The notes: generated by a model from the sequence alone, not told the origin. A stretch of 64,000 bases of DNA from Pyrinomonadaceae bacterium (GCA_036279935.1 DASURS010000253.1:95-64094), one strand, 5' to 3'. Counted from the first letter of the stretch, positions 43,871 through 53,009 are shown. A program made the numbers and translations.

Positions 43871-46609
43871 ATGCGACACACGAATCGTCTCACACAGTTT
43901 CGTTCGTTTCGTTACTTCTCTTTCGTGCTCGTAATCGGCGTTCTCTTCGCGGCGATCATTGCGGCCGACCGTTCCGACACGACGCACGCTGCTTTTCAAC
44001 CGCAGCCGAACCCGCAAAGACCACAACAATCCGGACTCCCAAACTTCGACGTTCGCCTCGGCGATAAAAAGGAATTCGAAGACTTCAGCCTGACTTCCTT
44101 CCCCGACAGGGCGAGAGCCAGACAGAACCCGCGCGCCAATGCGCGACTCGACGCCGTCGACGAACTTCTCCGGACTGCCGGACCTGATCTCGCGCAAAAC
44201 CTTCACGCCGTCGCGAACGAGTTCGGCGCGATGAAAAACGTCTTCGTCGAGGGCGGCACGTTGTCCGAACCCGCCTCGGACACACCGGACAACATCGCGC
44301 GGAAGTTCCTGAGCGGCCACGCGGATCTCTTCGCCGTGAAAGCTACCGACTCATCCAGTCTCAAGCTGACGAACGAAGACGACGACGATGGAACGGCATT
44401 TCTCGAATACACACAGACTGTGGGTGGAATCAAAGTCTACCAGGGCCACGTGCAGGTGGTCGTAAACAAAAACGGCGAAGTGCTTTCTGTTCGCGAAGGC
44501 TTTCTCGTGGACAAGCAGCCGGTCAGACTTCGGCCTACGCTCAATGAAGCTCGCGGCATCGCGAGGGCCTTCGAACACGCCGGCAAAACTGTCGGAGATT
44601 CATTTGTCGAGACGCACAAGCGAACGTCTTCGACCGAGTTTTCGAAGTTTGTGAACCCGCTGGATGCGAGTCAGCGGGAAGTGCTGTCGGAGTTGAACGT
44701 GGTTCGCGTCGCCGACGCGGCGCGGCTGGCGTGGCACGTTTACGCCCATGTTGGACCAGAGGAGTACTACGAGCTGCTGGTCGATGCTCACACCGGCGAG
44801 TTGCTGCTACGCAATAACCTGATCGTTGACGCGCAGGGCACCGTTTATCCCAAATCGCCCGGCAAGGGAGGCCGCCAACTGGTGTCTTTCCCCGGTTCAT
44901 GGTTAGGCACTTCAGTGGTAACGAACGGTCCTAACGTAGACGCCTGCGTAGACGCGAACGGCGATGGCGCGTGCGATATCACGACTGGAAATTTTTTAGT
45001 GAACGGTCGTGCGTATGCGCCTAACCAGGATTTCGGTTTTCCGTTCTCTCCGGCCGACGATCCTCGACTCTACCCGGCGGCTGTAGTGACGAACCTGTTC
45101 TATTTCATGAACGTGATACACGACTATTCGGCCACCCTGGGCTTTACCACGGGAGCGCGCAACATGGAGGGAAACGATCCGGTAATAGCCCTCGCTCAAA
45201 GTGTTACCGGTAACGCGTTCTTCAACTGTGCGCCGGATGGCGTAAGACCGTCTATCCAAATGGGTTTCTTCAGTGGAGGCGACAGCTCGGTCGATAGCGA
45301 CGTGGCTATTCACGAGTACGGTCACGGCATCGCTATGCGCCTCATCGGCAATTGCGGCGGCCTGAACGGGATCCAATCCGGTGCGATGAACGAAGGCTGG
45401 GCCGATTATTTCGCGGTCACATACGGAGGCGACGGCGCAGTCGGTGAATGGGCGACGAGTGTCAGTGGTGGTTTTCGCCGCGCCGTTTACAGCGTTCCAG
45501 CCGCTTCGATTCACGACTCTTACCAGGACCTGGGCAACCAGGGATTCGAGACACACAACGACGGCGAGATCTGGGCTGCGACGCTTTGGGACTTGCGTGC
45601 GCAGCTTGGCACATCTACGGTGGACCGCCTCGTGGTCCAGGGCATGAAGTTCACGCCGGTAGGGCCGTCATTTCTCAATGCGCGCGACGGCATTCTGAGT
45701 GCCGATCAGAACCTGACCGGCGGCGTCAACCGCTGCTCGATCTGGACGGTGTTCGCTCGTCATGGAATGGGCTTCTCGGCCAGTGGTAACGACGGGACGA
45801 CGCACAACGCAGCGACAGATCTGCCTTCGAGCTGCACGACGCTCCCGCCTATTTATGAAGGCTTCGTTGACGGCGCCGACTGCAATCAGATCTGGGGCTG
45901 GGCATGGGACCAGAACAGACCTAATACCGCTATCAACGTGGACATCTACGCGAACGGAGCGTTTGTAGCGACAGTTGCCGCGAACCTGTTCCGGCAGGAT
46001 TTACTGAATGCCGGCAAGGGCAACGGTTTTCACGCGTTCGTGTTCAACGTTCCTAGTTCGTTGAAGAATGGGCAGTTAAAGACGATAACGGTGCGGTTCG
46101 GAGGAACCAGCACGCAGTTGAGCCTGAGTCCTCGCATTATTGTCTGTAACGCGTCGATGTTCCCGAACGATACTCCGGTAACAAATGCAAGCGGCGGAGG
46201 ATCAACCTGGGAACAGGGCGTAGAGTTCTCCTCTTCTGTCAGCGGCAAAATCGTCGCCATTCGATACTGGAAGGATGCAGCGGAACCGTCCGGCGGGCAC
46301 GTCGGACGAATCTGGTCTTCGAGCGGTAACCTGCTGGCCACGGCGTCGTTCTCCGATCTCACGTCGTCAGGCTGGCAGAAAGCGACTTTATCGACGCCGC
46401 TGTCGATCACTGCCGGAACGAGATACAAGGTCACTTATAACGTCCACAGTGTCGTAGCCAAGACCTTCAACGTGTTCGCCAACGGTCCACTGGACAGGCC
46501 GCCGTTCACGATCTGGGGTTCTTCGTTCTGTTCGCCTGCCGGGTGTTTCCCGACGACCGGCAGCACCAGCAACCTTTTCGCCGACATTGTCTTCAATTCA
46601 CCGCAGTAG
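43871..46609 (+). CDS. secreted M36 (fungalysin-type) metallopeptidase with FTP propeptide and a C-terminal DUF4082-like domain
   Basis: Start set at MRHTNRL...FSFVLVIGVLFAAIIAA (signal anchor). FTP-like segment AFLEYTQTVGGIKVYQGHVQVVVNKNGEVLSV. Zinc site HEYGHGIAMRL...GAMNEGWADYF matches the fungalysin HEYTHG...GEGWSD pattern. C-terminus GVEFSSSVSGKIVAIRYWKDAAEPSGGHVGRIWSSSGNLLATASF...GWQKATL...AGTRYKVTY resembles DUF4082. Confidence 0.85.
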   Translation: MRHTNRLTQFRSFRYFSFVLVIGVLFAAIIAADRSDTTHAAFQPQPNPQRPQQSGLPNFDVRLGDKKEFEDFSLTSFPDRARARQNPRANARLDAVDELLRTAGPDLAQNLHAVANEFGAMKNVFVEGGTLSEPASDTPDNIARKFLSGHADLFAVKATDSSSLKLTNEDDDDGTAFLEYTQTVGGIKVYQGHVQVVVNKNGEVLSVREGFLVDKQPVRLRPTLNEARGIARAFEHAGKTVGDSFVETHKRTSSTEFSKFVNPLDASQREVLSELNVVRVADAARLAWHVYAHVGPEEYYELLVDAHTGELLLRNNLIVDAQGTVYPKSPGKGGRQLVSFPGSWLGTSVVTNGPNVDACVDANGDGACDITTGNFLVNGRAYAPNQDFGFPFSPADDPRLYPAAVVTNLFYFMNVIHDYSATLGFTTGARNMEGNDPVIALAQSVTGNAFFNCAPDGVRPSIQMGFFSGGDSSVDSDVAIHEYGHGIAMRLIGNCGGLNGIQSGAMNEGWADYFAVTYGGDGAVGEWATSVSGGFRRAVYSVPAASIHDSYQDLGNQGFETHNDGEIWAATLWDLRAQLGTSTVDRLVVQGMKFTPVGPSFLNARDGILSADQNLTGGVNRCSIWTVFARHGMGFSASGNDGTTHNAATDLPSSCTTLPPIYEGFVDGADCNQIWGWAWDQNRPNTAINVDIYANGAFVATVAANLFRQDLLNAGKGNGFHAFVFNVPSSLKNGQLKTITVRFGGTSTQLSLSPRIIVCNASMFPNDTPVTNASGGGSTWEQGVEFSSSVSGKIVAIRYWKDAAEPSGGHVGRIWSSSGNLLATASFSDLTSSGWQKATLSTPLSITAGTRYKVTYNVHSVVAKTFNVFANGPLDRPPFTIWGSSFCSPAGCFPTTGSTSNLFADIVFNSPQ

Positions 46610-46645
46610 TTGTTCGTCAGGGAGCAGCGATGCAGTGAATTGGAC

Positions 46646-46682
46646 GCGGGCGGATTTCAAAGGTCCGCCCGCAGTCGTTTTT
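46646..46682 (+). terminator. rho-independent terminator after the protease gene
   Basis: GCGGGCGGA-TTTCAAAGG-TCCGCCCGC stem-loop followed by AGTCGTTTTT. Confidence 0.75.
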
Positions 46683-46697
46683 CAACACGATGAGAGG

Positions 46698-46725
46698 TTG
46701 ACAATCTGCGGGTGCCGACTAGAAT
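46698..46725 (+). promoter_or_regulatory. sigma70 promoter for tRNA-Ser (TTGACA-16-TAGAAT)
   Basis: Perfect -35 TTGACA (46698-46703), 16 nt spacer, TAGAAT (46720-46725). The tRNA 5' end lies about 15 nt downstream of the predicted start site. Confidence 0.7.
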
Positions 46726-46747
46726 TGGTCTTCGCTGAATACGGCAC

Positions 46748-46838
46748 GGAGATGTGGCCGAGTGGCTGAAGGCGGCGGTTTGCTAAACCGTTAAGGGTCA
46801 AAAGCCCTTCACAGGTTCGAATCCTGTCATCTCCGCCA
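46748..46838 (+). tRNA. tRNA-Ser (anticodon GCU), class II with long variable arm, CCA encoded
   Basis: GGAGATG-TG-GCCGAGTGGCTGAAGGC-G-GCGGT-TTGCTAA-ACCGT-TAAGGGTCAAAAGCCCTTC-ACAGG-TTCGAAT-CCTGT-CATCTCC-G-CCA. The cloverleaf was folded by hand and aligns position by position with E. coli tRNA-Ser. Confidence 0.95.
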
Positions 46839-46850
46839 GACTTTTGTGGT

Positions 46851-46915
46851 AAGTAGTTAGTAGCCAGTCCGTCAGTAAACCCGTTACTGAACCCTGACTA
46901 CTGACTACTTTTTTA
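46851..46915 (+). terminator. hairpin with AGTAGTY-word arms plus T-tract (terminator/attenuator between tRNA-Ser and gltX)
   Basis: AAGTAGTTAGTAGCCAGT ... CTGACTACTGACTACTT followed by TTTTTTATT. There is an inner CAGTAA/TTACTG stem. The gltX ATG is 6 nt after the T-tract. Confidence 0.65.
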
Positions 46916-46920
46916 TTGTT

Positions 46921-48414
46921 ATGACTGTTCGCGTTCGCTTCGCTCCATCACCAACCGGCTACCTGCACATCGGCGCCGCTCGTTCGGCACTCTTCAACTG
47001 GCTCTACGCGCGCAAATCAGGCGGCAAGTTCTTACTGCGCATTGAAGACACCGACCTTCAGCGCTCGACCGATGAATCGACGCGCTCGATCATCGAAGGG
47101 CTCGAGTGGCTCGAACTCGACTACGACGAAGATCTCATGTTCCAGTCGGACAAAGGTCCGGAACATCGCGCGGCCGCGGACCGCCTGCTCGCCGAAGGCA
47201 AGGCCTATCGCGACTTCACGCCGAAGGAGCAGCGCGACGACAAGGACGTAAAACAAGACATTCGCGCGCGCGCCAAAGCAAATGAAGTCGAAGGTTTTGA
47301 CGAGCGAAGCAATCCCTATCGCAATCTGTCGAAGGAGGAGTCGGATCGACGCGCAGCAGCGGGCGAGCCGTTTGCGGTGCGTTTGAAAGTACCGGTCGAG
47401 GGCAAGACGAAGTTTGACGACATCGTCTACGGACCGCAGGAACGCAGCCATTCGGAGATCGAAGATCTCGTGTTGCTGCGTTCGGACGGCCATCCGCTTT
47501 ACAACTTGTCCGTCGTGATCGACGACATCGAGATGGGAATCACGCACGTGATTCGCGGACAGGACCATCTCACGAACACGCACAAGCAGATTCTGATTTA
47601 CGAGGCGTTGGGCGCGCCGGTGCCGCGGTTTGCGCACCTGCCGCTGATTCTTGCGCCAAACAAGAGCAAGCTCTCGAAACGAAAGCACGGCGAAGTAGTT
47701 TCGTTGACTACGTATCGCGATCGGGGCTTCATTCCCGCCGCATTTCGCAACTTTCTCGCACTGCTCGGATGGTCGCCGCCGGAAGGCAAAGAGATACTCA
47801 GCAAAGAGGAGCTGGTGCAGTTGTTTGCTCTCGAAGATATCGGACGCGCAAACGCGATCTTCAACTTCCACGAGAACGATCCGCGACGCTGGACTGACGA
47901 CAAAGCCCTCTGGATGAACTCGGAGTACATCCGCACGATGCCGCTCGATGAGTTGCTGCCGATGGTGAAGGCGGAGTTGCGGGCGAACAAACTGTGGCGC
48001 GAGGAGTATGACGACGGCGATCGCGAGTGGTTGTTGAAGACGCTCGACATGATCCGCCAGCGCTTCTTCACGCTGAAAGACTTTTCAAACCAGGGACGGG
48101 CTTATTTCTCCGACGATTTCGACTTCGATGAGACGGCGGTCAACAAAAACCTGCGCAAAGAGCCGCGTCTGCGAGAACTGCTGAATGGACTTGCAGACAA
48201 GCTCGAGGCGGTCGAACCGTTCAACGCGCAGACGGCGGAAGCGGCGTTGCGCTCGTTTGCTGATGAGACGGGAGTTAAGTCGGGGCTGCTGATCAATGGA
48301 TCGCGTACGATGTTGACTGGTCAGGCAGTCGGCCCGTCGATGTTTGAGATCTTCGAAGTGCTCGGCCGCGACCGGTCCGTGCAGCGGTTGAGAAGTGGTA
48401 TTCCTTTCCAGTAA
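46921..48414 (+). CDS. gltX: glutamate--tRNA ligase
   Basis: RVRFAPSPTGYLHIGAARSALFNWLYA (HIGH) and KLSKRK (KMSKS) motifs. 497 aa. Confidence 0.93.
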   Translation: MTVRVRFAPSPTGYLHIGAARSALFNWLYARKSGGKFLLRIEDTDLQRSTDESTRSIIEGLEWLELDYDEDLMFQSDKGPEHRAAADRLLAEGKAYRDFTPKEQRDDKDVKQDIRARAKANEVEGFDERSNPYRNLSKEESDRRAAAGEPFAVRLKVPVEGKTKFDDIVYGPQERSHSEIEDLVLLRSDGHPLYNLSVVIDDIEMGITHVIRGQDHLTNTHKQILIYEALGAPVPRFAHLPLILAPNKSKLSKRKHGEVVSLTTYRDRGFIPAAFRNFLALLGWSPPEGKEILSKEELVQLFALEDIGRANAIFNFHENDPRRWTDDKALWMNSEYIRTMPLDELLPMVKAELRANKLWREEYDDGDREWLLKTLDMIRQRFFTLKDFSNQGRAYFSDDFDFDETAVNKNLRKEPRLRELLNGLADKLEAVEPFNAQTAEAALRSFADETGVKSGLLINGSRTMLTGQAVGPSMFEIFEVLGRDRSVQRLRSGIPFQ

Positions 48415-48424
48415 GGAGAGTTTG

Positions 48425-48970
48425 ATGAAAACAGCAATTCTTTTAGTTTTTGTTTTTGTGTTCGCGGCTCAGGCTCAAACCAAACCCGCGACACCACCGC
48501 CGTCTGACGCGCAGGCGGTGCTCGCCGCGTTCGACAAACTTGTCGCCGGCATCGAGCATGCGAACGTCAACGAAGTGATGAGCGTCTACTGGAACAATCC
48601 CCAGCTCAGCCTTTTCAATTACAACGGCACGGTCACAAAGGGCTGGGAACAGGTGCGCAAGAACCGGGAAAGCTCGTACCCGCAGATCAAGGACACGAAA
48701 CTCGAGGTTCGCGACAAGGCAGTCTACATGCTGGGACGCGACGGCGCGGTCGTAACCTGCCAGTGGACGCAGTCGCAAAACTACAAAGGAACGGCGGAAA
48801 CAGCGACAGGCCGAATGACGCTCGTCTTCAAACGCATCGGCAACGCGTGGAAAGCCATCCACCTGCACTCGTCGCCCGATTCCCCGGATCCGTCACGGGT
48901 TCCTGCTTCCGAACAGCAACCGCCCGCGGCGTCTCCTACGCCTTCACCTACCCCGTCTCCGAAAAATTAG
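48425..48970 (+). CDS. secreted SnoaL/DUF4440-like (NTF2-fold) protein with Pro-rich C-terminal tail
   Basis: Start set at MKTAILLVFVFVFAAQAQ (signal peptide). ...GWEQVRKNRESSY...MTLVFKRIGNAWKAIHLHSS resembles DUF4440. Tail PSPTPSPTPSPKN. Confidence 0.65.
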   Translation: MKTAILLVFVFVFAAQAQTKPATPPPSDAQAVLAAFDKLVAGIEHANVNEVMSVYWNNPQLSLFNYNGTVTKGWEQVRKNRESSYPQIKDTKLEVRDKAVYMLGRDGAVVTCQWTQSQNYKGTAETATGRMTLVFKRIGNAWKAIHLHSSPDSPDPSRVPASEQQPPAASPTPSPTPSPKN

Positions 48971-48977
48971 TGCACTG

Positions 48978-49193
48978 AAAAAGCCGTCCACGATCTGAGA
49001 CCGTGGACGGCTTTCGGTAGACTGTTGGGATTGGCCTGATGGCTACTGTGTGCAACTTCCAGAAAGGAGGAGCACTATGCAGTGAGACGACCGAACCAGA
49101 ATCCTAACAAGTTAGCTGGTTCAGAGGTCAGGCCGCAGCCACCTCACTGTGATAAGAACTCATAAATTTTAGAATCACCTCCTTTCCAGTGTT
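48978..49193 (-). ncRNA. candidate about 215-nt small RNA (or small-ORF transcript) with its own promoter and terminator
   Basis: Bounded by TTGACG-17-TATGAT (49229-49201) and the terminator at 48982-49012. Three nested helices on this strand: GAAAGGAGG/CCTCCTTTC (49178-49186 with 49062-49070), CAGTGAG/CTCACTG (49143-49149 with 49080-49086), GAACCAG/CTGGTTC (49116-49122 with 49093-49099). Lower GC than the surroundings. Contains an 11-codon ORF (MSSYHSEVAAA, 49163-49128). Confidence 0.5.
48982..49012. terminator. bidirectional intrinsic terminator hairpin (11-bp stem); the better T-tract is on the minus strand
   Basis: AGCCGTCCACG-ATCTGAGAC-CGTGGACGGCT. The plus strand continues TTCGG. The minus strand continues TTTTTC. 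Confidence 0.8.
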
Positions 49194-49200
49194 GGCGGAA

Positions 49201-49229
49201 ATCATAAAGTACAACTCAGTGACCGTCAA
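49201..49229 (-). promoter_or_regulatory. sigma70 promoter candidate TTGACG-17-TATGAT, preceded by an A-rich tract
   Basis: Minus strand reads ATAAAAAGCGG-TTGACG-GTCACTGAGTTGTACTT-TATGAT. It starts 15 nt downstream of the hutI stop. Confidence 0.6.
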
Positions 49230-49243
49230 CCGCTTTTTATAAT

Positions 49244-50512
49244 TCACCTTTCGAATACAAGTTTGCCTGAGCAGTAGACTCGACTCGCGTGTTCGAGCCC
49301 GAAGAAGTAAGCGAGATCGCGATAATCACCGCGGTCGTGAATGACGACGTCCGCGATCTTACCCGGTTCGATTGAGCCGAGCTGCGCGCCGCGATTCAAA
49401 CTGTAAGCGGCGTTGATCGTTGCGGCGGTGATTGCTTCCGCCGGCGTCATCTTCATGTGCGTGGCGGCGAGCGAGAGGATCATCGGCATCGAGGGCGTCG
49501 GCGATGAACCGGGATTGAAGTCGGTCGCGAGCACGACCGCCAAACCGGCGTCGATCATCTCACGCGCGGCGGGATAACGAGAGGATCCGATCGCGTAAAC
49601 GGATCCCGGAAGGAGTACTGGTTGCACGCCCGCAGTCTTCAACGCGGCGATCCCGTCTGCGTCAGTGTGTTCGAGATGATCGGCCGTGATTGTGCCGAGT
49701 TCCGCAGCTAATTGTGCGCCGCCGGATAAGGAAAGCTGATCGGCGTGAATCCGCAACTTCAGTCCATGGCGTCGCGCGGCTGAAAGTATTTCTCGCGTCT
49801 CGTCAATTGTGAATACTTTCTGTTCGCAGAACACATCGCAAAACTCCGCCAGCTTCTCATTCGCTACGGCCGGCAACATCTCTTCGATAATCAACGACAC
49901 ATATTGATCGCGTCGCGAACTGTATTCCGGCGGAACGCTATGGGCTCCGAGAAAGGTGGGTATGTAACGTAGAGGTGTTCCGTCGCCGAGTCGCTTGATG
50001 ACGCGGAGGATTTTGACTTCATCTTCGAGCGACAATCCGTAACCGGATTTTGCTTCGATGGTCGTCGTGCCTGAGCGGAGAAACCAACCCGTGTAAGTCC
50101 CCGATTCCTGAAGCAACACGTCGTCATGCACGGCCCGAGTTGCATTGACTGTAGATTGAATCCCGCCGCCACGTGCCGCGATCTCTGCGTACGTCGCTCC
50201 TTTGCTGCGCTCTTCAAATTCCTCAACACGCGTACCGGAGAAGACGGGATGTGTGTGTGCATCGACAAACCCAGGCATAACCACTCGGCCCGTTGCGTTG
50301 ACGACTTCGCAATCCGAATTGATCAACGGTTCGATTTGATCTGTGGTTCCGACTACCTCGATCAACCCATTGCGAATGAGGATCGCGCCGCGGTTGATAA
50401 TTCCAAGCTCGCGCATCTCCGGACCAACCCGCGGGCGTGCCGGTCCGGCCAGCGTTAGCAGTTGCAAACAGTCAACGATGGCAAGTGCTTTACTTTCGTT
50501 TTCCGAGGACAT
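49244..50512 (-). CDS. hutI: imidazolonepropionase
   Basis: [45 protein letters not shown]...TADHLEH and [10 protein letters not shown] match HutI signatures. Start set at MSSENES (ATG 50512); the track start is 50554. Confidence 0.88.
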   Translation of the reverse strand: MSSENESKALAIVDCLQLLTLAGPARPRVGPEMRELGIINRGAILIRNGLIEVVGTTDQIEPLINSDCEVVNATGRVVMPGFVDAHTHPVFSGTRVEEFEERSKGATYAEIAARGGGIQSTVNATRAVHDDVLLQESGTYTGWFLRSGTTTIEAKSGYGLSLEDEVKILRVIKRLGDGTPLRYIPTFLGAHSVPPEYSSRRDQYVSLIIEEMLPAVANEKLAEFCDVFCEQKVFTIDETREILSAARRHGLKLRIHADQLSLSGGAQLAAELGTITADHLEHTDADGIAALKTAGVQPVLLPGSVYAIGSSRYPAAREMIDAGLAVVLATDFNPGSSPTPSMPMILSLAATHMKMTPAEAITAATINAAYSLNRGAQLGSIEPGKIADVVIHDRGDYRDLAYFFGLEHASRVYCSGKLVFER

Positions 50513-51905
50513 AAATCGTGATGCCGATTGCGTTCGCCAGTAAGACGACGCCAACGATCTTCAGCGCAAATAACAGCGTATCTTCGACTTCCGTAATCGG
50601 AACGATCGCGAAACGGATGTAGACGAGCGTGACGAGAAAACCGGACGCACACGCGAGTTTGAGCCACCACGGCGAATTGACGCCAAGCGCCTTCATCCCA
50701 AACAGCGGTATGGCAAACAGAACCAGGTACGTCAGCGCGTAAAAAACGCCGCCCGCATTGTCGATCAACTGAAACGCTTCCTGCGCTTTCACACCCATGT
50801 TGCTGAGCACAGCGAGCACCATCGTCACCGCGCCCACAAACAGGATCGAGTTGACTGGCGTTTTGTACTTCGAATGCAACCGGCTGAACCATGACGGTAA
50901 CAAGCGATCCCATCCGGCGACCATCGGCAGACGTGTGTTCCCGGCAAAGTAAATACTCATCAGCGCGATCGATCTGACTGTGATGCCGAGAATCGCGATC
51001 GAACCGATTGCGCCGACCCAGCCCAACGCCCGAAAGCCGATCGAAAGCGTCTGCGGGATTGGTCCGATCACATCGACCTGATCGCGCGGGACAAACGCGA
51101 GCACGGAGCTGGTCCCAAGTATGAACATGAGCGCGATGATGGGCGACGCGATCACCACGGAGCGTCCGATGTTGCGTGCCGGCGAACGGGTTTCGCCGGC
51201 AAGGATGGCGATGTATTCGAAACCCGTCAGCGCGCCCAGCGCGAGTTTGCTCCAGACGTTGATGTTGTACTCAGAGAACGTCGGAAACTGAAGAACAAAG
51301 GGCCGGTATTCTCCTCCCTTGGCGGCGGAGAAGACGAAGAACGGCAACAGGATCAGCATCGCGAACGTTCCCAGGTGCACCAGTGCGCCGACGTTGTGAA
51401 TCCACTTACCGAGACCCAAACCGCGCATCGCTGCGACGACCATTCCGATCACAAGCACTAGACTGATCGCCAGAATCCACGTCTTGCTGTCTTTCATCAG
51501 TGCCGCTGACGGACCAATCGAATAGGAGATGTTTGTAGTGACGACCAATCCGATGCCCGCCAGAATCGAGATGGCAAAGACCCACAGGTTCCACCCGACC
51601 ATGAACGCGATAAATTCGTTGAAAGCGAGTTTGGCCCACTGATAAAGACCGCCCTCGAGCGGCATCAGACGGTTGAGAAAGATCACGGCGGCGGCAAGCG
51701 GCAGGTAGAACGTGACGATGGCGAGGATCCAGAAAAAGTTTTGCTCGTTGCCTAACCTCGCCGCCCAACCTACCCAGAACGTGCCCACCACGAACACGAC
51801 CTGCGAGAGCACGAGGTCGAACAGTCCGAGTTCCTTTTTGAAGACGGCGCTGCGGGCTTCGACTTCGCGTTCGATCTCGGCGACGTTTGGGGTCAGGTCA
51901 GCCAT
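50490..51905 (-). CDS. APC-superfamily amino acid transporter
   Basis: 471 aa, about 12 TM segments, typical APC topology. Immediately upstream of hutI. Confidence 0.8.
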   Translation of the reverse strand: MADLTPNVAEIEREVEARSAVFKKELGLFDLVLSQVVFVVGTFWVGWAARLGNEQNFFWILAIVTFYLPLAAAVIFLNRLMPLEGGLYQWAKLAFNEFIAFMVGWNLWVFAISILAGIGLVVTTNISYSIGPSAALMKDSKTWILAISLVLVIGMVVAAMRGLGLGKWIHNVGALVHLGTFAMLILLPFFVFSAAKGGEYRPFVLQFPTFSEYNINVWSKLALGALTGFEYIAILAGETRSPARNIGRSVVIASPIIALMFILGTSSVLAFVPRDQVDVIGPIPQTLSIGFRALGWVGAIGSIAILGITVRSIALMSIYFAGNTRLPMVAGWDRLLPSWFSRLHSKYKTPVNSILFVGAVTMVLAVLSNMGVKAQEAFQLIDNAGGVFYALTYLVLFAIPLFGMKALGVNSPWWLKLACASGFLVTLVYIRFAIVPITEVEDTLLFALKIVGVVLLANAIGITIYVLGKRK

Positions 51906-52564
51906 TGTTTCACGTCCGTTCGCATTTGCTGGACGATCTCGTGTGCGGCGTCGTAGGTCCTGAACTTCACGGAACCCGCGCGTTTGCGCAACTGCTGCTC
52001 GTAATCGGCGACGCGCGCCGGCGGATAGAACTCGTCACGGGTTCCGGCGAGGTGAAAGACGTCGAAAGGCGCTTCGCGATACAAGCCGCTCGTTTCCCAG
52101 TCGCTGGGAAGGCCGCCGCAGATGCCGATCACGCCGCGCAAGCGGTCCGGGTGCGTGAAAGCGAAACGATAGTTGAGCGCACACGATTGCGAGAAGCCCA
52201 GCAGAAACACGCGCGACGGATCGGCGACGCCTTCTTCAGTCAACGTTTGAATCAGATCGATTAGCGCCTGGTGGTGAATGGCAACCGATTCTTCACTGCG
52301 ATAACTGGTGATCCAGCCGAAGCCGTAACGCAGCGGTCCACCTGGTTCGCGCGGCTCTTTCATGTGCTGGTGAAATCCCTGCAACGAAGCGATCGCGAAG
52401 GTGTCGGGCGACATCAGTTGCGCCTCGCGCATGATCTGCTCTTTGAACGCGCCGTACCCGTGCAAGGCGATCAACAGCGGCGCCGGTGAGCTCGAAGCAG
52501 GGCGGAGATCGTAGTAAAGATTGATGCGCGCCTGAAGAGAGTGATCCTTGATGAGCGTGCTCAT
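51893..52564 (-). CDS. alpha/beta hydrolase (phospholipase/carboxylesterase family)
   Basis: LLIALHGYGA oxyanion region, nucleophile elbow GFSQS, C-terminal ...DAAHEI His. 223 aa. Confidence 0.75.
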   Translation of the reverse strand: MSTLIKDHSLQARINLYYDLRPASSSPAPLLIALHGYGAFKEQIMREAQLMSPDTFAIASLQGFHQHMKEPREPGGPLRYGFGWITSYRSEESVAIHHQALIDLIQTLTEEGVADPSRVFLLGFSQSCALNYRFAFTHPDRLRGVIGICGGLPSDWETSGLYREAPFDVFHLAGTRDEFYPPARVADYEQQLRKRAGSVKFRTYDAAHEIVQQMRTDVKQWLT

Positions 52565-52606
52565 TAGAGCTTCATTAGGTGAATTTCGGTGCCGATGTCA
52601 ATAACG

Positions 52607-52641
52607 AAAAGGCGTCTTGTGTCTTTTGTGCCTTTTTATGG
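52607..52641. repeat. single-arm CACAAAAGG-family element (complement orientation) in a divergent intergenic region
   Basis: AAAAGGCGTCTTGTGTCTTTTGTGCCTTTTTATGG. Its reverse complement is CCATAAAAAGGCACAAAAGACACAAGACG. Confidence 0.8.
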
Positions 52642-52689
52642 CAAGATGGCGAGCAGATTGCAGCCAACTTTTCCGGAGAGGTGTTAGTG

Positions 52690-53007
52690 ATGAAATTCCC
52701 AGGCGGTTTGAACATTCAACAGATGATGAAGCAGGCGCAGCAGATGCAGGAGAAGATGCAGAAAGAGATGGAAGAATTGCGCGTCGAAGCTTCAGCGGGT
52801 GGCGGCGTCGTGACGGTGCAGATGAAGGGCAATCATGAAATGGTCGCGCTGAAAGTCGATCCCGAGGCAGTGAAAGACGGCGACGTCGAAATGCTCCAGG
52901 ATTTGATCGTGGCTGCTGTCAACGAAGCCAACCGGAAAGTCGATGAAGCGATGAAAGGCAAGCTCGGTGGGATGTTGCCGCCGGGGCTGGGCGGATTGTT
53001 TGGCTGA
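52690..53007 (+). CDS. ybaB: YbaB/EbfC family nucleoid-associated protein
   Basis: Start set at [25 protein letters not shown]... (GGAGAGG SD upstream). Classic YbaB N-terminus. Followed by recR. Confidence 0.9.
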   Translation: MKFPGGLNIQQMMKQAQQMQEKMQKEMEELRVEASAGGGVVTVQMKGNHEMVALKVDPEAVKDGDVEMLQDLIVAAVNEANRKVDEAMKGKLGGMLPPGLGGLFG

Positions 53008-53009
53008 AA

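Noticed and set aside
46610-46920. tRNA-Ser as an integration hotspot or genomic island boundary.
   Set aside because: No integrase, phage or transposase gene lies on either side. Flanking genes are a protease and gltX. I found no direct repeat of the tRNA 3' end downstream within the window.
49060-49190. Resemblance of the intergenic RNA candidate to known RNAs. Candidates were SRP/4.5S RNA (plus-strand GAGGUCAGGCCGCAGCC), tmRNA (an ORF ending in AAA-type Ala residues), and the 16S rRNA 3' end (AUCACCUCCUUUC).
   Set aside because: The SRP-like stretch lacks the GGAA tetraloop and the conserved symmetric-loop residues. There is no tRNA-like acceptor/T-arm and no about 360-nt body for tmRNA. 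The anti-SD-like string is an isolated 13-mer with no flanking rRNA sequence. The locus is kept only as an unclassified sRNA candidate.
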